Shown: positions 39,032 to 51,730 of the stretch, one piece after another
Layout: every line of letters begins with the position of its first letter
Position numbering within the stretch: the stretch's first letter is position 1
Notes under the pieces: model-generated
The model's database searches: none
Told to the model about the DNA's origin: nothing
The model's input: the letters and a program-made list of their open reading frames with translations, nothing else
Origin: Microcoleus sp.
GTDB lineage: Bacteria; Cyanobacteriota; Cyanobacteriia; Cyanobacteriales; Microcoleaceae
Length of the DNA stretch: 64,000 nt
Assembly: GCA_052279835.1 (NCBI GenBank)
Contig: CP181291.1
Location: 3,296,001 to 3,360,000, forward strand
Direction: 5' to 3'
Made by a program: the position numbers and the translations under genes

Positions 39032-40197
39032 TAATTCATCGCTCTTTCCAGAGGTGATTGTAACTGGATTTCTAAAGGTCGATCGGACCTAATTTCGAGA
39101 CCAGGAAAATCATTTTTTACTAATATTTTTTCGCCGATTTCCTTACTAGGTCTGGGCCAGAGTACCCAACGACTACCTTGGGTAAGAGTGCTTAAACTTG
39201 CAGAATTTTGAGTCAGCCAAATTAGCGGCAGTTTAGGTCTGTTTTGCACCACATCTTCCCCTGCATTAACTGCTGCTAAAGTTTCCAAAACTACCCGGTT
39301 CCCCGATACGATTCCAGTTCCGGTTGTCCAAAGTTTGACGTTTAACAAGCGCTTGCTAGCATAGAAGTAAAGGGACGCAGCGACTGTCACGGCTCGTTCA
39401 AATTCCTTTGGTTCCCAGGTGGCACCGCTGTCGAGAGCAATCATAATTTCTTGACCACCTGCTGCAACTTCCAACTCCCGCACCCGCAATTCCCCGTGGC
39501 GGGCGCTGGTGCGCCAGTGAATCAGTCTGGTGGGGTCTCCGTGTCGGTAGGGTCTGAGGTTACGGGTGAGTCCTTCTGTCGCATTTTGCGATCGACTACG
39601 ATCGTACAATTGCGGACTATCTTCTTGACCGATGCGATCGATCAAAGGACAAGTGCTCAAGGGTAAAACCTGGGGATAAACCACCGCCTTCGCCGAAACC
39701 GGGCGACTGCGCCGACACCAAAACAACCCCAAAGGTGCTGCTGTCCTCAAGTACACCTCTAACCAGCGATAGACACCCCGCTGCTGGGCTTCCAGATAGT
39801 ATGTATCCCTGTAAATACTTTTGGCGGAGATCGCCTCAATGGGGCGAACTACGGGTTCTGTGAGTACAAAGGGCAAGACATCTATCACTTGCAACAGGGT
39901 TTTAGGTTGGTCGGAGCAATTTTCGATTTCCAGTTCGATCGTAATTTTATCGCCCACACTCACAGGTTCGATCGCGCGACGGCGGACTGCCAAAGCACGG
40001 AGCGATCTCGTCGATAAAAAAGCCGCAATTCCCAACAGCGCCAAACTCCCACCGCTGAGTACGTAAAGCCACCCAGCCATTGTATTAGTAGCAGAGCCAA
40101 AAAAGAAAACAGTCAACCCGATCAGCACCCAAGCACCGTAAGACGGTGTTGCAGCGCGACTTTCGAGCCAGTTGGCAATTTTTAGACCGATGTTCAT
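39028..40197 (-). CDS. DUF58 domain protein
   Basis: N-terminal TMs, [24 protein letters not shown]. Confidence 0.9.
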   Translation of the reverse strand: MNIGLKIANWLESRAATPSYGAWVLIGLTVFFFGSATNTMAGWLYVLSGGSLALLGIAAFLSTRSLRALAVRRRAIEPVSVGDKITIELEIENCSDQPKTLLQVIDVLPFVLTEPVVRPIEAISAKSIYRDTYYLEAQQRGVYRWLEVYLRTAAPLGLFWCRRSRPVSAKAVVYPQVLPLSTCPLIDRIGQEDSPQLYDRSRSQNATEGLTRNLRPYRHGDPTRLIHWRTSARHGELRVRELEVAAGGQEIMIALDSGATWEPKEFERAVTVAASLYFYASKRLLNVKLWTTGTGIVSGNRVVLETLAAVNAGEDVVQNRPKLPLIWLTQNSASLSTLTQGSRWVLWPRPSKEIGEKILVKNDFPGLEIRSDRPLEIQLQSPLERAMNY

Positions 40198-40435
40198 AGC
40201 ACTTTCAAGGGTGAGGAATGGTTAATCAATCGCACTCAAACTAGCAAGAAGATCGGATTTAGCCTCTTGACTGACCAACTTTTTGAGCCCGGTCTCGTCA
40301 CTGAGGAATCTCCCCAAGTCCTCAAAAGCTAATTGTAAAATCTTCTAATAACTTAGCAGCGAATTAGATATTAGCGATTAGATTAGAAGTCAGCCATTTT
40401 TTAGCAAAAAATCTACATTCAATGGAGACCAAAAA

Positions 40436-41695
40436 ATGAACCCATTAGATAATCCTACACCCGTTAGACCAGAGGCTCAAGCACGTCGCACACCGCCACC
40501 GCCACCGCCCTTAGCAGCCCCTCCTGCGCCTCCGGCTGTCGCAGTCCCGCGACAACCAGAAGTTCCCCTCAGTACGATCGAGCAAATGGTCAGAGATGCC
40601 CATGCCGCTGGGGCTTCCGACATTCACATTCGAGTAGGTCAAGTGCCAAGATTTCGGATTCGGGGCACGATGCAAGTAGCGATGAGCCACGTCAAAGTAA
40701 CTCCAGAAATTTTTGAACATTACTTAGCAGAAATTCTTTCTCCCCAACAGCGCAAACAGTTCGCAGATAGCAAAGAATTAGATGCAGCAATTTTCTATCC
40801 TGGTTTTGTGCGGTGTCGGGTAAACTGTTTTGATTCCCTCAGTGGCGGTGCTATAGTATTGCGTTTGATCGATCTGCAAATACCGAGTATCGACGCGATG
40901 AGATTGCCAGAAGTGCTCAAAAGCATCATCCTGCGATCGCAAGGGTTAATATTAGTTACCGGACCGACCGGTTCGGGAAAATCGACCACCGTGGCTGCGA
41001 TGATCGACCACCTGAACCAGATGGAGCAAAAGCACGTAGTTACCATTGAAGACCCGATCGAATTCATTCACCCTTCCAAGAAATGTTTAGTCAGCCAGCG
41101 GGAAGTGGGCTTGCACACCCACGAGTTTCAGCAGGCGTTGCGGGCTGTGTTGCGGGAAGATCCAGATGTGATTCTGATTGGGGAAATGCGCGATCGTATT
41201 ACCATCAATACAGCTTTGCAAGCAGCTCAAACAGGTCACTTAGTCTTGGGTACTCTCCACACTCGCAGCGCCATTAACGCTATCAACCGCTTGTTGAATA
41301 TGTATCCCCCAGAAGAACAGCAGGCGATGCGGATTCAAATCTGCGACTCGTTGGTAGCAGTAATTGCTCAACTTTTGTTACCAACCGTTGACAATCGCCG
41401 CGTCGCAGTTCACGACATTTTGGTGAATACCCCTGCTATGCACGATTACTTAATGAAAGGTGCTGATGACGAGGCTTTCCGGTTGATGGAAACTGATACT
41501 TATGAAGGGATGCAGATTATCAATCAGGCTCTTTATAACCTTGTAATTGAGGGCAGAGTGACGATAGAAGAAGCAAATAAAGCTTCTCCTGAAGCGACCG
41601 ATTTAGACCGTCGCTTGCGGACAGGAGGCTATGATGCTGCGGATGCTCGTGGCTTTAAAGGTAGCAAAAAAGAACGCGGCGTTCGTGCTAAGTAG
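40436..41695 (+). CDS. pilT: Type IV pilus retraction ATPase, PilT family (PilT2-like, Pro-rich N-terminus)
   Basis: ASDIH, GPTGSGKST, TIEDPIE, LREDPDVILIGEMRD, TGHLVLGTLHT. Confidence 0.9.
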   Translation: MNPLDNPTPVRPEAQARRTPPPPPPLAAPPAPPAVAVPRQPEVPLSTIEQMVRDAHAAGASDIHIRVGQVPRFRIRGTMQVAMSHVKVTPEIFEHYLAEILSPQQRKQFADSKELDAAIFYPGFVRCRVNCFDSLSGGAIVLRLIDLQIPSIDAMRLPEVLKSIILRSQGLILVTGPTGSGKSTTVAAMIDHLNQMEQKHVVTIEDPIEFIHPSKKCLVSQREVGLHTHEFQQALRAVLREDPDVILIGEMRDRITINTALQAAQTGHLVLGTLHTRSAINAINRLLNMYPPEEQQAMRIQICDSLVAVIAQLLLPTVDNRRVAVHDILVNTPAMHDYLMKGADDEAFRLMETDTYEGMQIINQALYNLVIEGRVTIEEANKASPEATDLDRRLRTGGYDAADARGFKGSKKERGVRAK

Positions 41696-41707
41696 CAACC
41701 CATCTCA

Positions 41708-41743
41708 GAAGGGTAAGAGTATATTGGACTCTACCCTTTTTTT
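41708..41743 (+). terminator. Intrinsic terminator after pilT
   Basis: AAGGGTAAGAGT...ACTCTACCCTT hairpin followed by a T-run. Confidence 0.65.
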
Positions 41744-42146
41744 ACTAAATCTTAGTAAAATTTAATATTAAATTTATTTAACAAATACCCTGCTTTACAT
41801 GAACTTTAAAAATCCGGTAAAACCCTGAGATGATTGCAAAGAAATCGTAAAGATGTCTGGTGGCTATTGCCAATACCTAGCAACTCAAGTTTATAATCGT
41901 AGTTATAATAAATATTTTTTAGTAAAAAATTTAAATTTAGGATAAGGGCAAGTTATCCAGTCAACCAAAACAATTAATCAAGCTACAAATCGGCTGAACA
42001 AAATAATCTGTACCACAGCAGGTTTTTAGGGAGTTCTATTAACCAGTGGAGACAAAAACCAGGTATTTTTAGCCAGAGTTATTTTGGCTGTTAAACCAGT
42101 GTTAGTTAGAACGAGTATATTTTGAAAAATCAAAGGAGCAAAACAA

Positions 42147-43778
42147 GTGAAGAGTGCCTCTAATCCCTCAGAAGTATTTGAATGTCCAAGTAAAGCAGAA
42201 ATAATCGATCGCATCCAAAAGTTAGTTCCCCCAGGCTCGTTGGAACCGCAAGATCCTGAAACTATAGCTGCTTTACAAACTTTGACGGCACAGTTAATCA
42301 GGGCCTACAAAGCAGACGGACAATTAGAAAGCGAACCTTTTGAGGACGTGCGCGATCGCGAAGTACACCTGTACGCCACCGCAGTCAGCAACAAAATCCA
42401 AGGAAAAACCATCCTCGTCACCGGTGGCGAAGGATGCGTCGGCAATTACTTAATCGAAAAACTGCTGTATTTAGGTGCAAGTCAAATCATTTGCGTAGAC
42501 AAAGCCCGATGTCAAAACCCCTTAGAAACTCTTTCCCTTTGTCAAAAAGAAGGTGCTGTTACCTTCTATGCTACCGACATTCGCAACTTTGGAGCCCTTA
42601 AACACATATTTGAAGTCCACAAGCCAGAAATTGTTTTTCACCTAGCAGCTCAACGCTCCCCAGGACTAGCTGAAATTCAAATCCGAGAAACAGTGACAAC
42701 CAGTATTTTAGGAACCAAGCACGTCATCCAACTCTCGGAAGAATACGGTGTGGAACAGTGCATTTTTTCTTCCACTGGAAAAGCATCTCGGTATTTTACC
42801 ACGGAAGTTTATGCAGCTTCTAAAAAATTTGCTGAATGGCAATTTGCCAGAGCAGCTAAGTCAGGACAAGTCACCTACGGGATGGTTCGCTTTACTCATA
42901 TGCTGGAAAACAGCTTGTTCTGCGAACAAATGTCCAAGAAAGTAGAGCAAGGAAAAATTGTCAACGTTCACGCTCCCCACCGCTACGTCACCGCTCAAAA
43001 TGTTCTGGAAGCAGTCCATTTATTGCTGAACTCACTGGTTTTATCTGTTCCCGGAAAACTGAAATTTCTGACGGTGCGAAATCTCGGATGGCCCACAGAA
43101 ACATTGGAAGTAGCTCTCTATAAAATTGTTGAGTCAGGTAAAAATCTCCCGATTTATTTTCAAGGACTTTTACCAGGCTATGAAGAACCATTTTTTATGG
43201 GACAATTTGACTGGAGCCAACCTACAGACATTCACCTCTTAATTAATGTTCTGGAAGACCCTTTTAGAATTGTTGACGATTCGGGCGATATCGTGAGTGC
43301 AGAGTTGGCTCCTTTTTCTTTCCGGGTGTTTGATAGACAAGTGTCTCACTTGGAAAGTTTTATCAACGCTTCGGATTTCCCAGAATCACAAATTAAAGAA
43401 GTTCTGGTAGCGGCAGAAAAAGAAGTAATTGCTTCTTCTTTTGCCTGGAGTTCTGCTCCAGATTTATTGAAAATCTTGCATTGGGGAATTAATCCGAAGA
43501 AATTGCAATGTTACGGAAGTGACATCTATAGCTATAGCGAGATTATCGAACTACTGCTGCAAGGAATTTACGGCAGAGTTGATGCAGAAGTGTTGCAAAA
43601 ATCTGGAATTAGCGCTGATGAATTTCATGAATTAGTGAATAGTTTGGCTGCACTTGATTCTCTGGAATCGGAGGTACATTATTTGCGATCGGTGTCAAGA
43701 TCTGTGAGAGAATTGATGCCATTGGCATCATTAACTAATAAAAATTATGAGGGTGTTAGCATCCGTGATGCAGCCTAA
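42147..43778 (+). CDS. CapD-like polysaccharide biosynthesis SDR (nucleotide-sugar epimerase/dehydratase)
   Basis: KTILVTGGEGCVG, PEIVFHLAA, YAASK catalytic YxxxK motif; upstream of a GT2. Confidence 0.8.
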   Translation: MKSASNPSEVFECPSKAEIIDRIQKLVPPGSLEPQDPETIAALQTLTAQLIRAYKADGQLESEPFEDVRDREVHLYATAVSNKIQGKTILVTGGEGCVGNYLIEKLLYLGASQIICVDKARCQNPLETLSLCQKEGAVTFYATDIRNFGALKHIFEVHKPEIVFHLAAQRSPGLAEIQIRETVTTSILGTKHVIQLSEEYGVEQCIFSSTGKASRYFTTEVYAASKKFAEWQFARAAKSGQVTYGMVRFTHMLENSLFCEQMSKKVEQGKIVNVHAPHRYVTAQNVLEAVHLLLNSLVLSVPGKLKFLTVRNLGWPTETLEVALYKIVESGKNLPIYFQGLLPGYEEPFFMGQFDWSQPTDIHLLINVLEDPFRIVDDSGDIVSAELAPFSFRVFDRQVSHLESFINASDFPESQIKEVLVAAEKEVIASSFAWSSAPDLLKILHWGINPKKLQCYGSDIYSYSEIIELLLQGIYGRVDAEVLQKSGISADEFHELVNSLAALDSLESEVHYLRSVSRSVRELMPLASLTNKNYEGVSIRDAA

Positions 43779-43832
43779 CATGATCCGAAATACTCAGTGA
43801 GTTGTGATTTTAAAAACAGAAAACCTAGAAAT

Positions 43833-43869
43833 CGAGAAGCCCGACTTTTTTAAGAAGTCGGGCTTCTCG
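43833..43869. repeat. Palindromic REP/terminator-like hairpin
   Basis: CGAGAAGCCCGACTT-N-AAGTCGGGCTTCTCG perfect inverted repeat. Confidence 0.7.
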
Positions 43870-43925
43870 GTATGTGAATTTTAGGTTAGACTAGGATTGG
43901 CCAAATTAAAATAAGGTACTAGAGC

Positions 43926-45131
43926 GTGGAAAATAGTCAGCTAGTGTTCCTATTTATTGATATCCTGTTATGGGCGATCGCCCTAATTCTTCTCATTCCC
44001 GTTGCAGTTCTATTTCTAGAATGCACAGCCTCTTTATTTTCAGCTAGCCAATCCACCGCAGATACTAAATCTCCCCGTCCGAAAGTAGCCGTTTTAATTC
44101 CAGCTTACAACGAAGCAGCAGGCATTGCAGCCACGATATCCACAATATTGCCACAATTAACACCGGACGATCGCCTATTAGTGATTGCAGACAACTGTAC
44201 CGACTCCACAGCAAATATCGCCCGCAAATGTGGTGCAACGGCGCTAGAACGCCAAGACACGGAACGCAAAGGCAAAGGATACGCCCTAGATTTCGGCTTA
44301 AAGGCGATCGAATCCGACCCCCCAGAAGTAGTGATCATGGTGGACGCAGACTGTATCTGTCAACCAGACGCGATCGAGAAATTAGCCAGAATTGCAGTGG
44401 CTTCCCAAAGACCAGTGCAAGCAACATATTTAATGGAACAGCCACCGAATCCTACTCCGAAAGATTCTATTTCTGCTTTAGCATTTCTAGTCAAAAACTT
44501 AGTCAGACCAAGCGGATTAAAACAGTTAGGATTCCCATCATTACTAACAGGAACTGGCATGGCTTTTCCCTGGTCGATAATTCGATCGGTTTCCCTAGCC
44601 AGTGGTAATATTGTTGAAGATATGCAGATGAGTTTGGATTTGGCGATCGCCGGACATCCCACCATGTTTTGTCCCGCAGCCAGAGTCACCGGTTGTTTAC
44701 CCCAGCAGCAGCAAGCAGCCACAAGTCAAAGAACCCGATGGGAACACGGTCACATACAGACTTTGTTAACCCAAACCCCGCGCCTCGCAGCAGCATCCCT
44801 ACAGCAAAAACGATTTGACTTATTGGCGATCGCCCTCGACTTATCAGTCCCTCCCCTGTCTCTTTTAGTCGCCCTGTGGCTAGCAGCTTTTGCAGCCTCA
44901 TTACTAGCAACAACCTTGGGAACATCCCCACTTCCAGCCATCTTGTTAGCAATACAAGGATTGTTAATTCTAGTTTCAATTGTCGGAGCTTGGGCTAAAT
45001 TTGGGCGTGCCGATATTTCCGGTTCCACTCTGTTATCCGTACCCTTTTACATCCTCTGGAAAATCCCTTTGTATCTCGGTTTTCTGCTGAAACGCCAAAC
45101 CAAATGGGTACGCACAGAACGGGATGTTTGA
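43926..45131 (+). CDS. Glycosyltransferase family 2 (processive-type motifs)
   Basis: VLIPAYNE, DNCTD, GKGYAL, DAD, VED, QRTRW. Confidence 0.92.
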   Translation: MENSQLVFLFIDILLWAIALILLIPVAVLFLECTASLFSASQSTADTKSPRPKVAVLIPAYNEAAGIAATISTILPQLTPDDRLLVIADNCTDSTANIARKCGATALERQDTERKGKGYALDFGLKAIESDPPEVVIMVDADCICQPDAIEKLARIAVASQRPVQATYLMEQPPNPTPKDSISALAFLVKNLVRPSGLKQLGFPSLLTGTGMAFPWSIIRSVSLASGNIVEDMQMSLDLAIAGHPTMFCPAARVTGCLPQQQQAATSQRTRWEHGHIQTLLTQTPRLAAASLQQKRFDLLAIALDLSVPPLSLLVALWLAAFAASLLATTLGTSPLPAILLAIQGLLILVSIVGAWAKFGRADISGSTLLSVPFYILWKIPLYLGFLLKRQTKWVRTERDV

Positions 45132-45288
45132 GAATTACTGAATAATGTAAATATAGGTAATTGGTAATGGGTAATTGGTAATGCCCTATCTTCTTTCTCA
45201 GTTAGGTGAGGTACAGGCTAATGGGTAATGGGGAAACCCCCCTGCCCCGCCAGGGGCTAGGGTTGAGGCTAGAGACTCCAAAAAAAGC

Positions 45289-48200
45289 TCACCGCCGCAC
45301 TGGAATCTCGATCGCAAACTCAGTCCCTTCACCTGGTGCGGAAGTACAAATTAGCTTCCCGCCATGTTTTTCAACCACAATCTGATAGCTGATACTCAAC
45401 CCCAAGCCAGTACCTTTACCTACTGCTTTCGTAGTAAAGAAAGGGTCAAATATGCGCGATCGTACTTCCTCTGTCATCCCAGGGCCATTATCAGCAATAT
45501 GAATTATCGCCCAGTTTTTATCAGATACCTCAGTCCAAATCTTAATTTTGGGCTTAAAGATTTCTGGTGACATATTTTCTGGTTTTTGGGTTTTGTGCTG
45601 TCTCCCAACTCTTAACTCTACTGCATCAATTGCATTGCTCAAAATATTCATAAACACCTGATTTAAGCCTGAAGCATAACAACTTACTTTGGGAAGTTCA
45701 CCATAATTTTTAATCACCTCAACTCCAGAACCATCTGCATTTTTTTTCAACTTGTGCTGCAAAATTAACAGAGTAGATTCAATCCCAGAGTGAATATCCA
45801 CAGGTTTCATTTCAGATTCATCCAGCCTTGAGAAATTCCGCAGCGACAGTACAATATTGCGGACGCGATCGACCCCCACCTGCATTGATTGCAGCATTTT
45901 CGGCAAGTCTTCTTGGATAAATAACAGGTCTACATCCTCTGTTTTAGCAACAATTTCAGGAGTCGGATTTGGGTAAGACTCTTGGTAAAGCTCAATTAAT
46001 CCCAGCAAATCGGAGCTATAGTCGTTAGCGTGGACCACATTGCCATAAATAAAATTAATCGGATTATTAATTTCGTGAGCAACTCCCGCCACTAACTGCC
46101 CCAAAGAAGACATTTTTTCCGTTTGAATTAGTTGGCTCTGAGTCGATCGCAATTCCGACAAAGTAACTTCCAACTGCGACGCTTTTTCTCTCAACAAAGC
46201 TTCCGAATCGCGCAAAGCATCTTCGGCTACCTTGCGCTGGCTAATATCCTGTACAGTCCCAAATAACTTAATTACCTTACCACTATCGAAAATAGCTTGC
46301 GCCTTAACAAAAATATATCTGACATCTCCATCAGGACGCAAAATTTTCAACTCAAACTCACAGGGATTTCCTGATTGAATAATCTCATTTATTCGCTCTA
46401 AGCAAAACTTTATACTCTCTGGATGGATATGCTGTTCGTGTTCTAAAAAATTCGGCTCAGCTAGTTGAATATCCAGACCAAAAATTCGGAATACTTCTTC
46501 AGACCAAGTGAATTTCTGGACTGCTAAATCAAATTCCCAGCTACCCAAATGCGCCAGTTTTTGTGCTTCTTGCAGCTTGGCTTCCTTCGTTTTTAATTCT
46601 TGGGTGCGTTCTTCTACTTTCACCTCTAGCGTCTGCGAATAATCCTCCAACTCTTGCTTAGCAGCCGACAAATTAGCCACAAGTACCGCATTTTCTATAG
46701 ATATAGCCGCTTGGGAAGAAAGCATTTTTAAAATCTCCAGCCTACCGGGAAAAAATGCTTCTGAAGTTAAATTGTTTTCTAAATAAAGAATAGCTGAGAT
46801 TTTGCTTTTACTCAGGATGGGAGTACAAAGCACAGATTTGAGTTGCTGGCTTTTAATGTAGGGGTCATGTGTAAATAAACCTTCCTTAGCAGCATCACTT
46901 AAAACCACGTCAGAGTGTGTCCTTTCAACATAATTAATTACCGTTATTGGCAAAAATGCCCCTGGGTCGCAGGTCGGACATTCCTCCATTTTAATATCTG
47001 AATTCAGCACCGATGCTGCTGCTTGGACAACCAATTTTCCTTCCCTTGGTATCAACAGAAAGCCTGTTTGTGCTCCCGCATTTTCCATCGCGATTTTCAT
47101 TAATTTGGCTAACAACTTGTCGAGCACAATTTCACTAGCTAGGGCTTGAGATGCTTTCAATACCGTTGTTAAATCTAATAAACTGCTGTGACTGCTGCTG
47201 GTGGAAGTAGAATTAGTGCTAGCCATAGTGCGATCGCCACTAGATTTTACCACCGATGCAGGGGGTAAAGACATGGGATACTCTGACTCCAAATGTTTGA
47301 CTTTGGCGGTGGCTCCCCAATGAAGATAGCCGTAGTAAGCCTCTATCAGATAAGTCTCAGCCACTTTAGGGCGATCGCCAGCCCGATAAAATTCTGCTGC
47401 TAGTTCATTTGCTAGGGCTGCTTCGTGGATGTATTCATTCTCTGAGGCTCCTTTCACAGCGCGATCGTAATACAGAGCAGCTTGTTCAGATTGTCCCAAT
47501 ACTCGCGCTTTTTCGGCTTCTACTAAGTCATACTTATGCTGATAATTTGCCGGAGAATTCACAGCCCAATGCTTCATTTTTTTCTGAAGCGCCCCCACTT
47601 TTTTTAAATGTTTTTTTTGTTCAGTTTTTGAAACAGTTGGATACAAAGCTAACAACGATAAGGAATAGTAAAAATTGTGGATAGGAACATACATCATACT
47701 CATAACAGCCTCAGCGTAACTTGAAGCTGTTAACGCATTTTCCGCAGATTTTACATAATCTTTAAATAGATAGTTTAGCCAAGATTTTGCTAAATACACT
47801 ACAAATATTACCAGATTGTTTTTACTTTCTATCAAGACTGGTAGCATAGTTGTTTCATTAAATCTTTCGCCGATTAACAGGCAAGGATTAGTTGTTTTAC
47901 CTTGCAAATTTAAAACAACCTGCGCCCCAACTAGGGCTTGATAAATCATAAATCCATTTTGATAATTGACCAACATTTGAATGTATTGATTCTGCTTAGT
48001 CTCAACAATATCCAAAGGTTCGCCACTCAAAAATATATAATTGCTGTAAAAACTCGCACAATAACAAGCATTATTCACATCTCCGGTTTCGATTCCACTC
48101 TGGATACCATCAATTAAACCGATAAGACTTTTCTTAACGTGTTCGGACCAGTGACGTATAAAACCATTAAAAATTAGTAAAATTTGAGCGTCATGTAAGT

Positions 48201-51200
48201 TAGTGTGGAATCGTTCCAAAAGTACCTGAGCCATTTGACCATATCGGTATCCAGAATCCATATCACCTAACACCCCACACTGGATCACGCCATAGTTTGC
48301 ATACCCAAAACTAGACAAAGGCGCATTCCCGTATTTCAGAGAAAGTGTAACAATTTTAAAGACGATAAATGGGAACGTATTGGGTACTACTATAAACGCA
48401 GCCGGACTCATATTTGTTAAAATTCGTATAGCCGCAATTGTATTAGGGTTAGTCATTGTTGGCAGTTTTACTAAATCTTCAATATTTTGATTTTTCAAAC
48501 TTAGTTTTGTCCGAAATAGCTCCAAAATTACATTCAGTTTATTAGGGTTTTTAGGAATGTAAATTCCCAACATTTTCAAGGCTTCTAGAGCTGTATTAAT
48601 CGAAAGTTCTGGTTGATTTTGATTAAAGTAAAAAATGACTTTTAATTCATAAACTTTAATTTTTTCTAGCAAATTCTCGGCGCGGGATAATATCGCATCT
48701 GATAGCTGGAAAGCTAGCTCAAATTCGGTATTTATATAGGATAATTCCAGCGCTTCCAGATGGAGTTCCATGATTAAACTGTAGTGATTATCCCAAGCTC
48801 GATCGGGTAGCAGTTCTATACCTGTATTAAAATATTTGAGTGCTGCTTCAAAGGCGGCAGAACTCTTAGCTTTTTTGCCAGCTATCAGATTAAAGTTAGC
48901 TAGTTGATTTCGCTGTTCTCCCTCGCTGATAAATTCCACTCCGATATTGAGTTGGTTCACAATATCAAAGATATTTTCTGCTATCTCCGATACCGTAGGG
49001 GCGGTGGATGGTGCGTGCCCGCCCTTTTCCTTGTGCAGTAGCAGATACCCGATTTTTAAGTGGGTTTGTTTTTTCTGGGAGTCAGGGATCAGAGAATAGG
49101 TGGCTTGCTGGACGCGATCGTGCAAAAATCTGTAAGCAATTGAACTCTCAGCCTGCATTACCTGAAGTCGATCGAGCATTCCAAATTCTCCCCCATCCCC
49201 TCCCCGTTCAGATTTTATTTCCTCAAGCAGAGGAATTTTGTAAGCATTACTCAGGGGCACAATTAAACCAGCTTGCAGCGCCTCCCATAAATCAGCAGCC
49301 GTTTCCGAGGGGGATTTTTCCCTAACAATTGCCAAATTTTCTAAACTAAAATGGTTGCCCATACAAGCAGCTAATTTTAATACTTGCTGAGTCTCCTCCG
49401 GTAGTTTTTGAATGTTTCGAGCAACTAATTCAACGACATTGTAATCTACAATGCCAGCGGCTTCAATTTCCCGGATATCCCAATGCCACGCAGCCATATT
49501 GAAATCAAAAGCTAACAGTTTTTCGTAATGAAGAGTTGAAAGCATTTGAGTGATAAAAAATGGATTTCCTCCAGTTTTATTAAAAATCAACTCTGCCAGT
49601 AACTTTAAATTTTCCGTTTTCTGACCAAAAGTATCTCGCAATAGCTCAGTGACACTGCTCAAATCTAAAGATGGGAGGATAATCTGATGCACCGCAGAAC
49701 CATACTGTTCAATTTTTTCAACTGTTTGAACTAAAGGATGAGTCAAATTGACTTCGTTATCTCGATAGGCTCCTACTACTAAAAAATATCGAATATCCGA
49801 GTCTGTTACCAGCTCTTGAAGCAATTTTAAGGAAGCTAAATCTGCCCACTGCAAATCATCCAGAAATAGAACCAAAGGGTGTTCTGCTTGGGCAAACACA
49901 TTCAGAAATTCTTTGAACAATCGATTAAAACGATTTTGAGATTCTGTAGGACCCAATTGGAGTACAGTAGGCTGGGAACCAATTATTAATTCGACAGAAG
50001 GGACAACCTCAATAATAATTGCACCATTTTGACCTAGCTTTGACAACAATTTTTCTTTCCAAATTGCCAAATCTGCTGAGCTTTTTGTTAATAACTGCTG
50101 CATCAATGACTCAAAGGCTTGAGTGAGTGCAGCATAGGGAATATCTCGTTTAAACTGGTCAAATTTGCCAGCAATAAAATAACCACGCTGCCGTAAAATT
50201 GGTTTATGAACTTCATTAACAACTGAGGTTTTGCCAATGCCTGAGTATCCGCTCACCAGCACCATTTCAGTTTTTCCAAAGGTAACTCGATCGAAAGCAG
50301 CCATTAAATCAGCGACTTCTTTGGTGCGGCCATAGAGTTTTTGAGGAATCAAAAATTGACCAGATTTATCCAGAGTGCCTGGAATGAAATTGTCTATTTT
50401 GCCTTTAGTTTGTAGCTGATTTAGGCAATTTTCTAAGTCTGCTTTTACTCCAAAGGCACTTTGATATCTGTCTTCGGCATTTTTAGCTAATAGTTTCATG
50501 ACAATGGATGAAACCACCAGGGGGACTTCTTTGTTTAGCTGATGCGGCGCAACTGGTGTTACGGCAATATGACTGTGAATTAATTCTAAGGGGTCAGTGG
50601 AGCTAAAGGGTAATTCTCCTGTCAACATTTCATAAAATGTGATGCCTAGAGAATACAAGTCAGTTCGGTAATCGAGGTCTCGGTTCATTCTCCCGGTTTG
50701 CTCTGGGGATATATAGGCTAGAGTGCCTTCTAGGACGGCGGTATTACTATTTTGATAAACCTCTTTAGATAGGCGAGTTGCCATGCTAAAATCTGTGATT
50801 TTTACTTGAATAATGTCTGGGAAAACAATTACATTTGAGGGTTTTATATCTTTATGAATAATGTGGTTTTTATGTACTTCTCCGAGAGTATGACTCAGTT
50901 GAATAGCTATAGGTAAAAATTTATTATATTTAATCTTTTTTCCCGCCAGATGGTGTCTTAGAGATTCACCGCCGCAATCTTCTAAGATGAGAGCGAAACT
51001 GTTTTTATATTTTTCTAAGCTATGGGGTTTGATAATTCCTTCTATGTTGAGATTTGAGCTAATTTGGTATTCATGTTTCAAACGGGTAATTTCTTCGATG
51101 GTGGGATAGTCGCTATTTAGTGTTTTAATGATGACTAAGGCTCCATCTGATTCTCTGACAGCGCGATAAATAATTGATTTCACACCAAGTTGAACAACTT

Positions 51201-51231
51201 CTGTGATTTTGTAACCGGGAAGTAGATTCAT
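45289..51231 (-). CDS. Hybrid Ser/Thr kinase-AAA ATPase-GAF-PAS-histidine kinase (HstK-like)
   Basis: [36 protein letters not shown] (LYLENN), AHEINNP, DNGPG, GTGLGL. Confidence 0.94.
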   Translation of the reverse strand: MNLLPGYKITEVVQLGVKSIIYRAVRESDGALVIIKTLNSDYPTIEEITRLKHEYQISSNLNIEGIIKPHSLEKYKNSFALILEDCGGESLRHHLAGKKIKYNKFLPIAIQLSHTLGEVHKNHIIHKDIKPSNVIVFPDIIQVKITDFSMATRLSKEVYQNSNTAVLEGTLAYISPEQTGRMNRDLDYRTDLYSLGITFYEMLTGELPFSSTDPLELIHSHIAVTPVAPHQLNKEVPLVVSSIVMKLLAKNAEDRYQSAFGVKADLENCLNQLQTKGKIDNFIPGTLDKSGQFLIPQKLYGRTKEVADLMAAFDRVTFGKTEMVLVSGYSGIGKTSVVNEVHKPILRQRGYFIAGKFDQFKRDIPYAALTQAFESLMQQLLTKSSADLAIWKEKLLSKLGQNGAIIIEVVPSVELIIGSQPTVLQLGPTESQNRFNRLFKEFLNVFAQAEHPLVLFLDDLQWADLASLKLLQELVTDSDIRYFLVVGAYRDNEVNLTHPLVQTVEKIEQYGSAVHQIILPSLDLSSVTELLRDTFGQKTENLKLLAELIFNKTGGNPFFITQMLSTLHYEKLLAFDFNMAAWHWDIREIEAAGIVDYNVVELVARNIQKLPEETQQVLKLAACMGNHFSLENLAIVREKSPSETAADLWEALQAGLIVPLSNAYKIPLLEEIKSERGGDGGEFGMLDRLQVMQAESSIAYRFLHDRVQQATYSLIPDSQKKQTHLKIGYLLLHKEKGGHAPSTAPTVSEIAENIFDIVNQLNIGVEFISEGEQRNQLANFNLIAGKKAKSSAAFEAALKYFNTGIELLPDRAWDNHYSLIMELHLEALELSYINTEFELAFQLSDAILSRAENLLEKIKVYELKVIFYFNQNQPELSINTALEALKMLGIYIPKNPNKLNVILELFRTKLSLKNQNIEDLVKLPTMTNPNTIAAIRILTNMSPAAFIVVPNTFPFIVFKIVTLSLKYGNAPLSSFGYANYGVIQCGVLGDMDSGYRYGQMAQVLLERFHTNLHDAQILLIFNGFIRHWSEHVKKSLIGLIDGIQSGIETGDVNNACYCASFYSNYIFLSGEPLDIVETKQNQYIQMLVNYQNGFMIYQALVGAQVVLNLQGKTTNPCLLIGERFNETTMLPVLIESKNNLVIFVVYLAKSWLNYLFKDYVKSAENALTASSYAEAVMSMMYVPIHNFYYSLSLLALYPTVSKTEQKKHLKKVGALQKKMKHWAVNSPANYQHKYDLVEAEKARVLGQSEQAALYYDRAVKGASENEYIHEAALANELAAEFYRAGDRPKVAETYLIEAYYGYLHWGATAKVKHLESEYPMSLPPASVVKSSGDRTMASTNSTSTSSSHSSLLDLTTVLKASQALASEIVLDKLLAKLMKIAMENAGAQTGFLLIPREGKLVVQAAASVLNSDIKMEECPTCDPGAFLPITVINYVERTHSDVVLSDAAKEGLFTHDPYIKSQQLKSVLCTPILSKSKISAILYLENNLTSEAFFPGRLEILKMLSSQAAISIENAVLVANLSAAKQELEDYSQTLEVKVEERTQELKTKEAKLQEAQKLAHLGSWEFDLAVQKFTWSEEVFRIFGLDIQLAEPNFLEHEQHIHPESIKFCLERINEIIQSGNPCEFELKILRPDGDVRYIFVKAQAIFDSGKVIKLFGTVQDISQRKVAEDALRDSEALLREKASQLEVTLSELRSTQSQLIQTEKMSSLGQLVAGVAHEINNPINFIYGNVVHANDYSSDLLGLIELYQESYPNPTPEIVAKTEDVDLLFIQEDLPKMLQSMQVGVDRVRNIVLSLRNFSRLDESEMKPVDIHSGIESTLLILQHKLKKNADGSGVEVIKNYGELPKVSCYASGLNQVFMNILSNAIDAVELRVGRQHKTQKPENMSPEIFKPKIKIWTEVSDKNWAIIHIADNGPGMTEEVRSRIFDPFFTTKAVGKGTGLGLSISYQIVVEKHGGKLICTSAPGEGTEFAIEIPVRR

Positions 51232-51449
51232 GGTTTTTCTTTTGTGACTAACTGTTGGCTTAACATCTTGATGGATGTCGATCGAGCGGTGACGACTGTA
51301 CTTAAGTGTTTTTATAATTATTTTGTGCTTGACGATACACAGCCAATAAAGTAATGAGTCTGTATTTTTCGAGTTTAGTAGATGTAATAAAAATTTATAG
51401 ACTAGGAACTGCCTGACAACAGCAGGTCTGGTTGCATCTCCCCCTGATA

Positions 51450-51492
51450 TGTACAGCCTGATACTTCACGCCGTCGAGCTTTACACTATTGT
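51450..51492 (+). promoter_or_regulatory. Putative NtcA-activated promoter upstream of the AetD-like operon
   Basis: tGTA-cagcctga-TAC (51451-51464), then 22 nt, then TATTGT (51487-51492): matches GTA-N8-TAC-N22-TAN3T. Confidence 0.5.
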
Positions 51493-51730
51493 AACAAACT
51501 ATGTGATATCGATCGCAGATGCTCGTCCACAAATCCCCATCCCATCAAGATTTAGCTCTCAATTAGAGCCTGGTCTCCCAAAACCAACCACAAGCCCAGG
51601 GCCGGAATATCCAGTTGGAGGCGATCGAGCCTCAAACTAGATAAGATGTGTATCACCCAAAAACATGATTCAGATCACAGCCTTGCGGTGAGGTAGTTGG
51701 TAGCATTTTTCCATAATCAGGTGCATCACA

